64,000 nucleotides of DNA from Kinneretia aquatilis (GTDB taxonomy: Bacteria > Pseudomonadota > Gammaproteobacteria > Burkholderiales > Burkholderiaceae_C). Each line of letters opens with the position of its first letter. The first letter of the stretch is position 1. This document shows, in pieces, positions 21,857 to 31,432 of the stretch. Both the position numbers and the translations under genes were made by a program. The DNA lies in the NCBI RefSeq assembly GCF_002885975.1, contig NZ_POSP01000003.1, forward strand, positions 1,770,440 to 1,834,439, in the 5' to 3' direction. Under the pieces are notes generated by a model. The model ran no database searches. It saw only the letters and a program-made list of their open reading frames with translations, and was not told where the DNA came from.

Positions 21857-24800
21857 GGCTGAGCCTCCAGGTTCGACACATCGCCCTGCACGGCTTCATG
21901 CAGCTGCATCACCACGCCTTGCTCGGCCCAGGCACGCAGAGGGCCGAAGAGGCGCTGGGCCAGATCGGCAAAGCGGCCGTCGGCGCTGAGTGCGGCGTAG
22001 CTGGGGTAGACGCGGGTGAGGCTCATCTCCTCGCCCTCGCCCGGCATGGCCTGGCGCCCCGCCGAGGCAAAGCCGCCGCCCTCGAAGACCTCGACCGGCT
22101 TGCCTTTTTCGGTATCGAGAAAAGCCAGCGCGGTCTTGGGCGCCAGCGGCAAAGGCTCCTGCATGCCTTGCTGCCACAGGGCGATCAGATCGGCCAGCAG
22201 GGGCTGCGCCTCCTCCTGGCCCAGCGGCTGCAGCTGCAGCCAGGCATCACGCCCGACCAGCACGCCGGGCACGGTGTCGAACCCGCAGCTGCTGGCCGCC
22301 AACATGCGCACCCAGGGGGCGATCAGGCGCTCCATGCGCAGCGCCGGCGGCTTGCCTTTGGCTGCGGCCTTGCCGCACAGGCGGCTGGGCAGCAGCTGCA
22401 GCCACACGCGCTCGGCAAACAGGCCTTCGCCGGCCTGTTGCAGCCCGTCGAGCCAATCGTCCAGCGGGCCCAGGCGCAGCGGGGCCTTGGGCGCGGCATC
22501 GGGGTAGTCGGCCTGCAGGCGCAGCCAGCGGTCGAGCATGGGCAACAGTTCCTCGGCCAGGCGCTGTTCTTCACGGCGGCCCAGCTCGGCCATGGGCAGG
22601 CGGCCGGCGCGCTGCAGGCGGGCAGCCTGCAGGCGGATCAGCGCGGCCAGATCGCCCTGATTGAGAGGCGGCGCAGCGCTTTGCAGGCGCTGCTCCTGGG
22701 CATTGAGCACCTGGTCCAGCAGACCGGCCAACAGGCTGTGGTCTTGCAAGCCATCGAGCGCGAAGGCCTCGGCGTCCTCGCCGGCCTCGTCTTCCGCATC
22801 CTCGAAGTGCACATTGAGCCGGCGGCGGAAGAACTCGCGCACCGGGTTGCGCAGAAAGCTGACCAGGGTGGCGAGCTTGAGCGGCGCTTGCTCCTCCTCG
22901 GCCGCGGCATCCATGCCGATGGACTCGCTGCTCAAGGGCTCCGCTTGCAGATGCGCATCGCGCCACTCACGGGCATGCGTGAAACGGCGCGGGTCGGCCG
23001 GCTGCTCGAAATAGCGGCGGCTGAAGGGCTGCAGCGGGTGCTCGGTGCTGAGCGCCTCGGGCAAGCCCTGACCCCAGCCGGCGGCCAGATAGTCGCGCAG
23101 CTGCGAGACCAGCACCGAGGGCGGCTGCTCGCTGTTGTCGCGCGCGCTGCGGCCGCTCCAGCTGATGTAGAGCTGGCGCCGCGCCGAGAGCAAGGCCTCC
23201 AGCAGCAGCTGGCGGTCGTCCAGCCGACGCGAGCGGTCGCCCGGGCGCAGCTGACCGGGCAGGCCCATCAAATCGAAATCGCTGCGGGTGCTGCGGCGCG
23301 GGTAGTCGCCATCGTTCATGCCGAGCAGGCAGACCACTTCAAACGGTACGGCGCGCATGGGCATCAAGGTGCAGAAGGTGACGCCACCGGCGCGGAAGCG
23401 CTTGTTCAGGCCGGGCTCGTCCACCCCGTCCAGCCAGGCCTCGCGGGCCACGGCCAGGTCCACCGGCTGATCCACAAAACCGGCCGCCTCGCAGGCCTCC
23501 AGCCAGGCCGAGAGGCCGGCGTTCAGCGCCGCCAGGCTCAGGCGTTCGCGCTCGTCGCTGGCTTCGAAGAAAGTCTCCAGCAAGGCGCGGCCGCGCGCCG
23601 CCCACTCGGCCGGCGTGGCCAGGCTGGCGCTCTGCGCCTGCCAGTCCAGCAAGGCGCCGAGCAGATCGGCGAGCGACCCGGCCAGATGCGCCTCCAGCCC
23701 GCCGATCTCGCCGTAGGGCTCGATGCCCTGGTAGGCCTCGCCCTGGCCGCTGGCAAAGCCCAGCAGCATGCGGCGCAGGCCGAAGGCCCAGCTGTTCTGC
23801 TCGCCACAGGCCGCCAGGCCCAGGCTGGCGCGCTGCTCGGCGTTCAGGCCCCAGCGGATGCCGGCGCCGCTGATCCACTGCGCCAGGCGCGGCAGATCGG
23901 CCGGCTCCAGACCGAAGCGCAGGGCCAGGCCCGGCACATCGAGCAGATCGCGCAGCTCGCTGGCGGTGCAGCGTGCTTGCGGCAGGCGCAGCAGCCACTC
24001 CAGCGCCACCATCAGCGGGTTGTTGCCGCGCTCGCTCAAGTCGGCAATGTCGAAAGGAATGTGGCGCGCATCGCTGCGCGCGTACTGGCCGAAGACCGAG
24101 CGGATGGCCGGCGCAAAGCCCTCGACATCAGGCAGCATGACGACGATGTCGCGCGGCTGCAGCTTCGGCAGGCCCGGCGGTGGCGGCGCGGCCAGCAGGC
24201 TCAAGAGCTGGTCGTGCAGGATCTCAACCTCGCGCTGGGCACCGTGGGCGATGTGGAAGACGATGGAGCGGTCCTGCAGCAGGGCCGGCTCGGGCGCACT
24301 GCGGCCGTAGCCGGCATGTTCGGCCAGGGGCACCAGGTCACGGATGCGGGCCTGCACCTGCTGCAGCAGGCTGCCGCCCTCGCCTTCAGCGGCAGCTTCA
24401 TCGAAGAGGTCGATCTTGGCCGCGGGAAAGCGGGCCTGGGTCTGCACCGCATCATCAAAGGCATCGAGCGCGCGCACGAAATCGCGGCCCTGGCGGCCCC
24501 AGGCGGCCAGCAAGGGGTGGGCGTGGGCATGCATCTCCTCCAGCGGCAGCTCGGCCAGATCGCGGCCCTGGCGCAGGGGCTGGCGGCGGCGCTGCTCGCG
24601 AAGCTGTTGGCGCAGCAGCTCGCGGCCGTCGATGATGTCTGCCCAGTGGTAGCGGCAGGGGTTGGGCAGGGCCAGGATGACCTGGCAGTGGCGGGCCAGC
24701 GCGGCCAGGGCCTGCAGCGTCTGCTGCGGCACATGGGTCATGCCGAACAGAACCAGGCGGCGCGGCAAGCCGCGCGGCGGCTGGCTCTCGTCCTGCAGCG

Positions 24801-25491
24801 CCTGCATGAAGCGCTGGTGCAGCACCGGCCGCGTGCCGGCCCGCTCGGCCGCCGAGAGCGGCTGCAGCAAGGCACGCCAGAGCCAGGCCTGCCAGCGTTG
24901 ATCGGGCGCCAGCGGCGGGGCTTGGCGCAGGTCCAGCTGTTCACCGGCCGGGGCCAGCTGGGCGGGCAGCACATCGTGGCCGAGGCCCCAAGCGTCCAGC
25001 CAGTCGCTGCGGTAGATCTGGTACTGGTCGTACAGGTCAGCCAGGCGCTGGGCCAGCTGCAGGCGCCGGTCCAGGCCACCGCGCCGCAGAAAATCAGCCA
25101 GGGGCGCGTAGACCTCGGCCGCTTGCGGGTCGGATGCCGCTGATTCCAGCAGTTCGGGCAACAAGCGCATCAGCCGCCAGGTCAGCGGCAGCTTGTCCAG
25201 CGGCGACTGCGGCGGCACGGTCTCGCGGCCCAGCAGCTGGCGGTAGCTGCGCCACATGAAGCGGGCGGGCAGCTCCACCCGGGTGGCGGCGCAAATGCCG
25301 CGCAGGCTGGCCAGCTGCATCTTCAGCCACTCGGCCACGCCATTGCTCTGCACCAGCAGCACTTCTTCTTCCAGCGGGCGCAAAGGGCTGCGGCGCAGCC
25401 ACTCGAACACCGCATCGCCCAGCAGCTCGGCGCGGTTGCCGTGCAGGACCAGCAGGCCGGGGGTGATGTCGGTGGATGGGAGTGCGCTCAT
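21853..25491 (-). CDS. recC: exodeoxyribonuclease V gamma subunit
   Basis: 1212 aa; RecC-type N-terminus MSALPS...GLLVLHGNRAELLGDAVFEWL; first gene of the rec operon. Confidence 0.9.
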   Translation of the reverse strand: MSALPSTDITPGLLVLHGNRAELLGDAVFEWLRRSPLRPLEEEVLLVQSNGVAEWLKMQLASLRGICAATRVELPARFMWRSYRQLLGRETVPPQSPLDKLPLTWRLMRLLPELLESAASDPQAAEVYAPLADFLRRGGLDRRLQLAQRLADLYDQYQIYRSDWLDAWGLGHDVLPAQLAPAGEQLDLRQAPPLAPDQRWQAWLWRALLQPLSAAERAGTRPVLHQRFMQALQDESQPPRGLPRRLVLFGMTHVPQQTLQALAALARHCQVILALPNPCRYHWADIIDGRELLRQQLREQRRRQPLRQGRDLAELPLEEMHAHAHPLLAAWGRQGRDFVRALDAFDDAVQTQARFPAAKIDLFDEAAAEGEGGSLLQQVQARIRDLVPLAEHAGYGRSAPEPALLQDRSIVFHIAHGAQREVEILHDQLLSLLAAPPPPGLPKLQPRDIVVMLPDVEGFAPAIRSVFGQYARSDARHIPFDIADLSERGNNPLMVALEWLLRLPQARCTASELRDLLDVPGLALRFGLEPADLPRLAQWISGAGIRWGLNAEQRASLGLAACGEQNSWAFGLRRMLLGFASGQGEAYQGIEPYGEIGGLEAHLAGSLADLLGALLDWQAQSASLATPAEWAARGRALLETFFEASDERERLSLAALNAGLSAWLEACEAAGFVDQPVDLAVAREAWLDGVDEPGLNKRFRAGGVTFCTLMPMRAVPFEVVCLLGMNDGDYPRRSTRSDFDLMGLPGQLRPGDRSRRLDDRQLLLEALLSARRQLYISWSGRSARDNSEQPPSVLVSQLRDYLAAGWGQGLPEALSTEHPLQPFSRRYFEQPADPRRFTHAREWRDAHLQAEPLSSESIGMDAAAEEEQAPLKLATLVSFLRNPVREFFRRRLNVHFEDAEDEAGEDAEAFALDGLQDHSLLAGLLDQVLNAQEQRLQSAAPPLNQGDLAALIRLQAARLQRAGRLPMAELGRREEQRLAEELLPMLDRWLRLQADYPDAAPKAPLRLGPLDDWLDGLQQAGEGLFAERVWLQLLPSRLCGKAAAKGKPPALRMERLIAPWVRMLAASSCGFDTVPGVLVGRDAWLQLQPLGQEEAQPLLADLIALWQQGMQEPLPLAPKTALAFLDTEKGKPVEVFEGGGFASAGRQAMPGEGEEMSLTRVYPSYAALSADGRFADLAQRLFGPLRAWAEQGVVMQLHEAVQGDVSNLEAQP

Positions 25492-25645
25492 GGAAGGGAT
25501 AGGGTCTTGTTCTGGCCGAAGGTCGGCGTTCCTCGCGCCGGGCCAAATTCAAGCACAGAACTGGGTCGGCTCTGGAAAAGAGTCCGCCATGCCCAGCGGC
25601 CATGACCTTGGGCGAGGGCGCCGCACTTGCGCACAATGGTGTCCC

Positions 25646-26425
25646 ATGAGCATGAACGTTGACGCCTATCTGCAGCGCTTGGCCTACTGCGGCGACCGCC
25701 AGCCCGATCTCGCCACCCTGGCCGCCTTGCAATGGGCCCATCTGCGCCAGATCCCGTTTGAGAACCTCAGCATCCATCGGGGCGAAGCCATCGTCCTCGA
25801 AGAGACCGCCTTGTTCCGCAAGATCGTCGAGCAGCGCCGCGGTGGCTTTTGCTACGAGCTGAACGGCTTGTTCGCGGCGCTGCTGCGTGAGCTGGGCTAC
25901 CGGGTCAGCTTGCTCTCGGCGCAGGTGGCCGGGGCCGATGGCATGTTTGGGCCGGAGTTCGACCACCTCTGCCTCGCCGTGCACCTGGAAGACGGCGCCT
26001 ACCTGGTCGATGTCGGTTTCGGCGATTGCTTCCTGCAGCCGCTGCCGCTTGAACCCGAAGCAGCACCGAGCCGACAGGGCCGCCATGTCTACCGCATTCA
26101 GGCGCTGGGCGGCGTTCGCACACTGCAGCAACTCCCCGCTGAGCACGAGGCCTGCGCGAGCTGGAGCGACGAATACCGCTTCAACTTGCAGGCACGAGAC
26201 TTGAGTGATTTCGAGCCGATGTGCCGCTTCCACCAAAGCTCGCCCGACTCGCACTTCACGCGCAAGCGCATCTGCTCTCGGGCCACGGACGATGGAGGCC
26301 GCATCAGCCTCAGTGATCGGCGCCTGATCCTCACCTCGGCCGAAGGCCTCAAGACCGAAAGCCTGCTGCCTTCGGAAGCGGCCTGTCAACAGGCCTTGCT
26401 CGACCATTTCGGAATCCAAGCATGA
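25646..26425 (+). CDS. arylamine N-acetyltransferase
   Basis: NAT family: N-terminus MSMNVDAYLQRLAYCGD...LATLAALQWAHLRQIPFENL and catalytic Cys motif RGGFCYELNGLF; start chosen at ATG 25646 inside ORF 25256..26425 (the upstream part is low-complexity). Confidence 0.8.
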   Translation: MSMNVDAYLQRLAYCGDRQPDLATLAALQWAHLRQIPFENLSIHRGEAIVLEETALFRKIVEQRRGGFCYELNGLFAALLRELGYRVSLLSAQVAGADGMFGPEFDHLCLAVHLEDGAYLVDVGFGDCFLQPLPLEPEAAPSRQGRHVYRIQALGGVRTLQQLPAEHEACASWSDEYRFNLQARDLSDFEPMCRFHQSSPDSHFTRKRICSRATDDGGRISLSDRRLILTSAEGLKTESLLPSEAACQQALLDHFGIQA

Positions 26426-27015
26426 GTGACACGCAACAAGCCACACATCAACCGCGCGGCAAGATCGTCGGCCTAGGCGGCAGCCTGCGAGCTGCCTCTC
26501 TGTCGGCAGCTGCCCTGCGCGCCGGCATGGCCATGGCGGCTGAACTGGGGCTGGATTGTGAAACCCTCGATGTGCGCGAGCTGCAGCTGCCCATGTACCG
26601 GCCCGACTGGGCGCTGGCGGACTACCCGGCCGAACACCAGGCTTCGCTGCAGCGCCTGGTCGCGGCATTCCGCAGCGCCGACGCCATGCTCTGGACCTGC
26701 CCGGCCTACCACGGCGCCATGAGCGGGGTTTTCAAGAACGCGCTGGACTTCATGCAGCTGCTGGCCCGCGACCCGCGGCCCTATCTGCAAGGCTGTGCGG
26801 TCGGCCTGGTGAGCCTGTCCGACAGCTCCCCCCTGGGCGGCATGGCCCATTGCGTGCAGGAGCTGCGTGCCTGGCTGGCGCCGACACGCCTGACCCTGGA
26901 CGACGGCGACTTTGATGACGCGCTGGCGCTGCGCGATGAAGCGGCACAGCGCCGGCTGCGGCGCCTGGTGGGCGAGCTGGCCGGCTTTGTGGCCAGCCAC
27001 CCCCTGACCCGCTGA
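26422..27015 (+). CDS. NADPH-dependent FMN reductase family protein (azoreductase/ArsH-like)
   Basis: 197 aa flavodoxin-like fold, KIVGLGGSLR...WTCPAYHGAMSGVFKNALD typical of pfam03358; ATGA overlap with the NAT stop. Confidence 0.75.
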   Translation: MSDTQQATHQPRGKIVGLGGSLRAASLSAAALRAGMAMAAELGLDCETLDVRELQLPMYRPDWALADYPAEHQASLQRLVAAFRSADAMLWTCPAYHGAMSGVFKNALDFMQLLARDPRPYLQGCAVGLVSLSDSSPLGGMAHCVQELRAWLAPTRLTLDDGDFDDALALRDEAAQRRLRRLVGELAGFVASHPLTR

Positions 27016-27017
27016 GT

Positions 27018-27686
27018 TCAGGCCTTGGCCGGCAGGGGTTTCTTGCTGTTCTTCTCGGCCAGCATCTTGATCAAGCCTTCGATGCCGTTGGCATTGACCT
27101 CTTGCGCAAAGGGATTGCGGTAGGTCTGCACCATGGAGGCGCCGAGCACATTGAAGTCCCAGATCTTCCAGACGCCGGCCTCCGATTTCTCGAGGCTGTA
27201 GTTCAGCTGCACCGGCTCGCCCTTGCCGACGATCTGGGTCTTGATCTCGACCTGGCCGCCTTCCGTGGCGCCAGGGCGCAGCGGCGCTTGGCGGATGGTT
27301 TGATCCTTGAACTGCGAGAGCGCACCAGCGTACACACGCAGCAGCAAGCCCTTGAACTCGGTCTTCAGGCGCTCGCGCTGCTCGGGCGTGGCCTGGTTCC
27401 AGTGGCGACCCAGGGCGCTGCGCGTGGTCTTGTCGAAGTCCACGTGCGGCATGATTTTCTCGTCGACCAGCTTGACGATGCGCTGCAAGTCACCGGCCTG
27501 GATGGCCTTGTCGGCCTTGATGGCTTCCACCGTCTCCTGCGAGAGCTCACGGATCAAGGTGTCGGGCGCGCTGGCATCGGCGGCCAGGGACAGGCCCGGA
27601 TTGATGGCCATCAGCGCCAGCAAGCCCGAGGCCAATGCGGCGCGGCCGCGGCGGGCCAGGGTGGAGGTGGATGAATGGACTTTCAT
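27018..27686 (-). CDS. MlaC/Ttg2D-family phospholipid-binding periplasmic protein
   Basis: 222 aa with signal peptide; MlaC/toluene-tolerance Ttg2D family signature over its length (e.g. HVDFDKTTRSALGRHWNQATPEQRERLKTEFKGLLLRVYAGAL). Confidence 0.7.
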   Translation of the reverse strand: MKVHSSTSTLARRGRAALASGLLALMAINPGLSLAADASAPDTLIRELSQETVEAIKADKAIQAGDLQRIVKLVDEKIMPHVDFDKTTRSALGRHWNQATPEQRERLKTEFKGLLLRVYAGALSQFKDQTIRQAPLRPGATEGGQVEIKTQIVGKGEPVQLNYSLEKSEAGVWKIWDFNVLGASMVQTYRNPFAQEVNANGIEGLIKMLAEKNSKKPLPAKA

Positions 27687-27934
27687 GGCGAATCGTCTTT
27701 CCTTGTGCTGCTGCGCCCGGGCAGATGCCCCGGCAGGGCCGCGTCAGCGGCGCCCTGGGCTCTCGCACATCGACCCACGAGAGGGCGCACGCCGGCTCGG
27801 CGGACGGCCGATTCTGAAAGCCGAGCCCTGAAAACAACAGCGCGCCGGAGGCAGTGCCGCGCGGCGCGCTCTTGGGCAGCGCCTGGCGCCACCCCGGTTC
27901 AAAAAACCAGAACAGGAGCTCGCGCGCCTGCGCC

Positions 27935-28513
27935 TCAGGCCTTGCCTTGGCTGCTGCGGCGGCCGCGGCCCACCACGCCGGCCAGGCCCAGGGCGGCCAG
28001 GGTCAAGGCCAGGGTGGCCGGCTCGGGCACATGGTTGTCCGGGCCGAAGGTGGCCTTGAGCTGGCCGATGGTGAAGGGGCCAGGAATGTCGAAGTGGTGC
28101 GTGCGGGCTTCATCGGCGCCCAGACCCTCGAAGTTCAGGCCTTGGCCACCACGCTGATCACCACGGACGTATTCCGTGCGCAAGTAGAAGTTGGTGAAGC
28201 CGCTGTTGTCCACGGTGGCCCAGAAATTACTCAGCTGATCCAGGCCGTAAAAGAAGTTTTCGGTCACACCATCCAGCTCGATCTGCAGATGGAAACTGAA
28301 GCTCTTGAGATCGGTATAGCTGATGTCGCCGCTGAACTGGCCCGAGTTGGTTTCAAAGGAGCCGGTGCCGGTGGCCTTGGCTGCGGTCCACCAGCTGCTG
28401 GTGCCATGGCCCGAATAGCTCAGGCTGACCGGTGCGGCCTGGGCCGACATCAGGGTCAGGGCGGCCGCGGCGCCGATCAAGGTCTTGCTGAAGATCGTGG
28501 ATGTAAAGGCCAT
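27935..28513 (-). CDS. PEP-CTERM sorting-domain secreted protein
   Basis: Start at ATG 28513 (MAFTSTIFSKTLIGAAAALTLMSAQA signal peptide); C-terminus VPEPATLALTLAALGLAGVVGRGRR is a textbook PEP-CTERM motif with TM helix and Arg cluster. Confidence 0.8.
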   Translation of the reverse strand: MAFTSTIFSKTLIGAAAALTLMSAQAAPVSLSYSGHGTSSWWTAAKATGTGSFETNSGQFSGDISYTDLKSFSFHLQIELDGVTENFFYGLDQLSNFWATVDNSGFTNFYLRTEYVRGDQRGGQGLNFEGLGADEARTHHFDIPGPFTIGQLKATFGPDNHVPEPATLALTLAALGLAGVVGRGRRSSQGKA

Positions 28514-28837
28514 GGTGTTGGTTCTCCCTCGGGGGTGAAATGCATCGATGCCGTGTGGTGTTCTCCGGCGTGTTCTCGGTCCTTGTTCGCGGCCGCCGGG
28601 CTGCCGCCAGCACCAGAAACAAGCGCTGCGGCAGGCCCCTGAAAGACACGGGTTTGACCGGATGCGAATTTTGCCGGCGCACCGACGCGCCACACCCCCC
28701 GCAACTGGGTGCTTGGGTTTATTCACGCGCCTGTTCAGCGCAGCCACGGGGCGCATGTCGCCCGCCCGATGTTTTCTACACTGGGTGCTGGCATGGCCTG
28801 TTGTCAAGCCAGCCAGCGAAAACTGAAGGGTCAAGTC

Positions 28838-29164
28838 ATGCGTGACGACGAAATTGCCCAGCACCTGCAAGAAGCACTGAAGTCGGGCGAACTGCAATCA
28901 GCCCAAGGCTTTGGGCAGCCCCTGCCCGAGGACGAGGCCTGGCAGGCCACGCCCGAGAGCCTGCGCATGAGCTTCAAGATCCTGAAAAACGCAGGCCACG
29001 CGCCGGCCGAGGTGGGCCTGTTTCGTGACAAGGCGGCGCTGCAAGCACGCATCGCCGCCTGCGAGGACGAGGCCCTGCGACGGGATCTGCAGACCCAGCT
29101 CAGCCAGCTCGAGCAAAGCCTGAGCCTGCGGCTGGAGTCGCTGCGCGTCCACAATCAGCTGTGA
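28838..29164 (+). CDS. DUF1992 (DnaJ-homolog subfamily C member 28-like) domain protein
   Basis: 108 aa, MRDDEIAQHLQEALKSGELQSAQGFGQPLP matches the conserved DUF1992 N-terminal block; GAAGGG Shine-Dalgarno 6 nt upstream of ATG 28838. Confidence 0.6.
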   Translation: MRDDEIAQHLQEALKSGELQSAQGFGQPLPEDEAWQATPESLRMSFKILKNAGHAPAEVGLFRDKAALQARIAACEDEALRRDLQTQLSQLEQSLSLRLESLRVHNQL

Positions 29165-29175
29165 GCGGATGTCCT

Positions 29176-29817
29176 TCAGCGATCCCGCACATGCGGGTTG
29201 CTGCGCCGTTCCGCGCCAAAGCTGCTCTCCGGCCCGTGGCCAGGGATGAACACGGTCTCATCGCCCATGGGCCAGAGCCGCTCGCGGATCGAAGCGAGTA
29301 AGGTGGCGTGGTCGCCACCGGGAAAATCCGTGCGGCCGATGCTGCCGGCGAACAGCACATCGCCCACAAAGGCACGCGCAATCTGTGGTGAATGGAACAC
29401 CACATGGCCCGGCGTGTGGCCCGGGCAATGGCGCACGTTCAAGGTCTGCCGGCCGATCTGCACCGTATCGCCGTCGGCCAGCCAGCGTGTCGGCGTGAAG
29501 GGCTCGGCGGCGGGAAAACCGAACATCTGGCTCTGCTGCGGCAGCCCATCGATCCAGAACTGATCGCCCGGATGCGGCCCGATGATGGGCAGCTGCAGCT
29601 CACGCGAGAGCTGCCCTGTGCCGCCGGCATGATCGATGTGCGCATGGGTCAACCAGATCGCTTGGAGCGTCACACCCTGCTGCTGCACCGCCGCCCGGAT
29701 GCGCGCCAGATCACCGCCGGGGTCGATCACCGCCGCCTCCAGCGTCTCGTCACACCAGACCAAGGAACAGTTCTGCTGGAAGGCGGTGACGGGAATGATT
29801 TGGTAGCGCAGGGTCAT
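29176..29817 (-). CDS. MBL-fold metallo-hydrolase (glyoxalase II-like)
   Basis: THAHIDHAGG and downstream His/Asp ligands (HCPGHTPGHVVF, GDVLFAGSIGRTDFPGGDH); start at ATG 29817 (MTLRYQIIPV). Confidence 0.8.
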   Translation of the reverse strand: MTLRYQIIPVTAFQQNCSLVWCDETLEAAVIDPGGDLARIRAAVQQQGVTLQAIWLTHAHIDHAGGTGQLSRELQLPIIGPHPGDQFWIDGLPQQSQMFGFPAAEPFTPTRWLADGDTVQIGRQTLNVRHCPGHTPGHVVFHSPQIARAFVGDVLFAGSIGRTDFPGGDHATLLASIRERLWPMGDETVFIPGHGPESSFGAERRSNPHVRDR

Positions 29818-30140
29818 GATGAAGGAGGCTGAGAACAAAGTTTCGAAGTGACTGGCAAATTATCGAAGTCTCAGGGGGCGGCAGCGAACGGCGTGAAGTC
29901 AAAGTTTCGAAGTGAGTTGTCGCGCTTGGGAAAAGCGGGCGGGGAGCTGTGTGGGAGGGGGCAGCTGCGGTGATGGATGCCGGCTGAGGCCACATTCGGC
30001 GTGGCCACCAGTTAACCGGCTCCAACCAGCGCAAAACCGCCCTGCAGCATCGAACGATTCCAGGGCGCATGCCCGACTGCGGCCGAGCGCGGGTTGAGCG
30101 ACCTTTGCATCGGCATGGTGGTATCGATCAACCCAGAAGT

Positions 30141-31367
30141 TCAGCCCTTCACACAAACCACCTGCTTCAGGGTATGCACCACGTCGACTAGATCCGCCTG
30201 CGCGGCCATGACGGCGTCAATGTCCTTGTAGGCTGCAGGCGTCTCGTCAAGAACGTCTTTGTCCTTGCGGCATTCCACACCTTCAGTGGCGGCACGATGG
30301 TCAGCCAAGGTGAAGCTGCGTTTGGCATCGCCACGGCTCATGACACGGCCGGCGCCATGCGAGCAGGATTCGAAAGACTCCGGATTGCCCTTGCCGCGCA
30401 CGATGAAGCTGCGCGCGCCCATGCTGCCTGGGATGATGCCCAGTTGGCCAGCCTTGGCGCTCACGGCGCCCTTGCGGGTGACGAATACGTCCTCGCCAAA
30501 GTGCTGCTCGCGCTGCACATAGTTGTGGTGGCAGTTCACCGCCTCGATATGGCTCTGGAAGTTCTTGTGCAGCACCGTTTTCGCTGCTTCGATCACGCGG
30601 CGCATCATGACCTCTCGGTTCATCGCGGCGTACTTCTGTGCCCAGCTCACGGCGCGCACGTAGTCGCCGAAGTAGCGGCTGCCTTCCTCAAAGTAGGCCA
30701 GGTCGCGATCCGGCAGATTGGCCTGGTGGCGCATCGCGTCCTTCTTGGCCAGTTCGATGAACATGGTGCCGATGGCATTGCCCACGCCTCGCGAGCCCGA
30801 GTGCAGCATGAACCAAACGGCACCAGCCTCGTCGAGACAGACCTCAATGAAGTGATTGCCGCTTCCGAGCGTGCCCAGATGCTTGTGGTGGTTGGTTTTA
30901 TCCAGCTTGGGATAGCTTCGGCAGATCTCCTTGAATTCAGGCTCGAGCTGCGCCCAAGCCGTGTCTACAGAACCTGGCGGCTTCTGCCAAGCACCCGGGT
31001 CACGGTTGCCTGGCGCGCGTCCATGCGGCACCGCTCGCTCAATCGCCGCGCGCAGTGGGGCGAGGTTGTCGGGCAGGTCCTCAGCGCGCAGCGTGGTCTT
31101 GCAGGCCATCATGCCGCAGCCGATGTCCACACCCACGGCGGCCGGAATGATGGCCTTGATGGTCGGGATGACCGAACCCACGGTAGCGCCGATACCGAAG
31201 TGCACGTCCGGCATCGCAGCCACATGCTTGAAGACGATGGGCAGGCGTGCCGCGTTGGTGAGTTGGCGCTTGGCTTCGGGCTCGATGGGCACGCCACGCG
31301 TCCACATCTTCAGCGGCACACCGCCGGGGACGTCCTCGTGGATATGTTGAGTTTGTTCTTGTTCCAT
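30141..31367 (-). CDS. rtcB: RNA-splicing ligase RtcB
   Basis: 408 aa, RtcB hallmark blocks (GSGNHFIEVC, CHHNYV, SCSHGAGR) along the full length. Confidence 0.9.
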   Translation of the reverse strand: MEQEQTQHIHEDVPGGVPLKMWTRGVPIEPEAKRQLTNAARLPIVFKHVAAMPDVHFGIGATVGSVIPTIKAIIPAAVGVDIGCGMMACKTTLRAEDLPDNLAPLRAAIERAVPHGRAPGNRDPGAWQKPPGSVDTAWAQLEPEFKEICRSYPKLDKTNHHKHLGTLGSGNHFIEVCLDEAGAVWFMLHSGSRGVGNAIGTMFIELAKKDAMRHQANLPDRDLAYFEEGSRYFGDYVRAVSWAQKYAAMNREVMMRRVIEAAKTVLHKNFQSHIEAVNCHHNYVQREQHFGEDVFVTRKGAVSAKAGQLGIIPGSMGARSFIVRGKGNPESFESCSHGAGRVMSRGDAKRSFTLADHRAATEGVECRKDKDVLDETPAAYKDIDAVMAAQADLVDVVHTLKQVVCVKG

Positions 31368-31432
31368 GATCTAGTTTCCAATGTAGAGCCCCGGCCGAGC
31401 GAGATTCAAGTTGCGCCCAGCCGGGGCGGTGA

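Noticed and set aside
28540-28845. Short ORFs in the PEP-CTERM/DUF1992 intergenic region (e.g. 28548..28826, 28540..28845)
   Set aside because: They overlap the 5' end of the PEP-CTERM gene or its promoter region; translations are compositionally biased with no start context.
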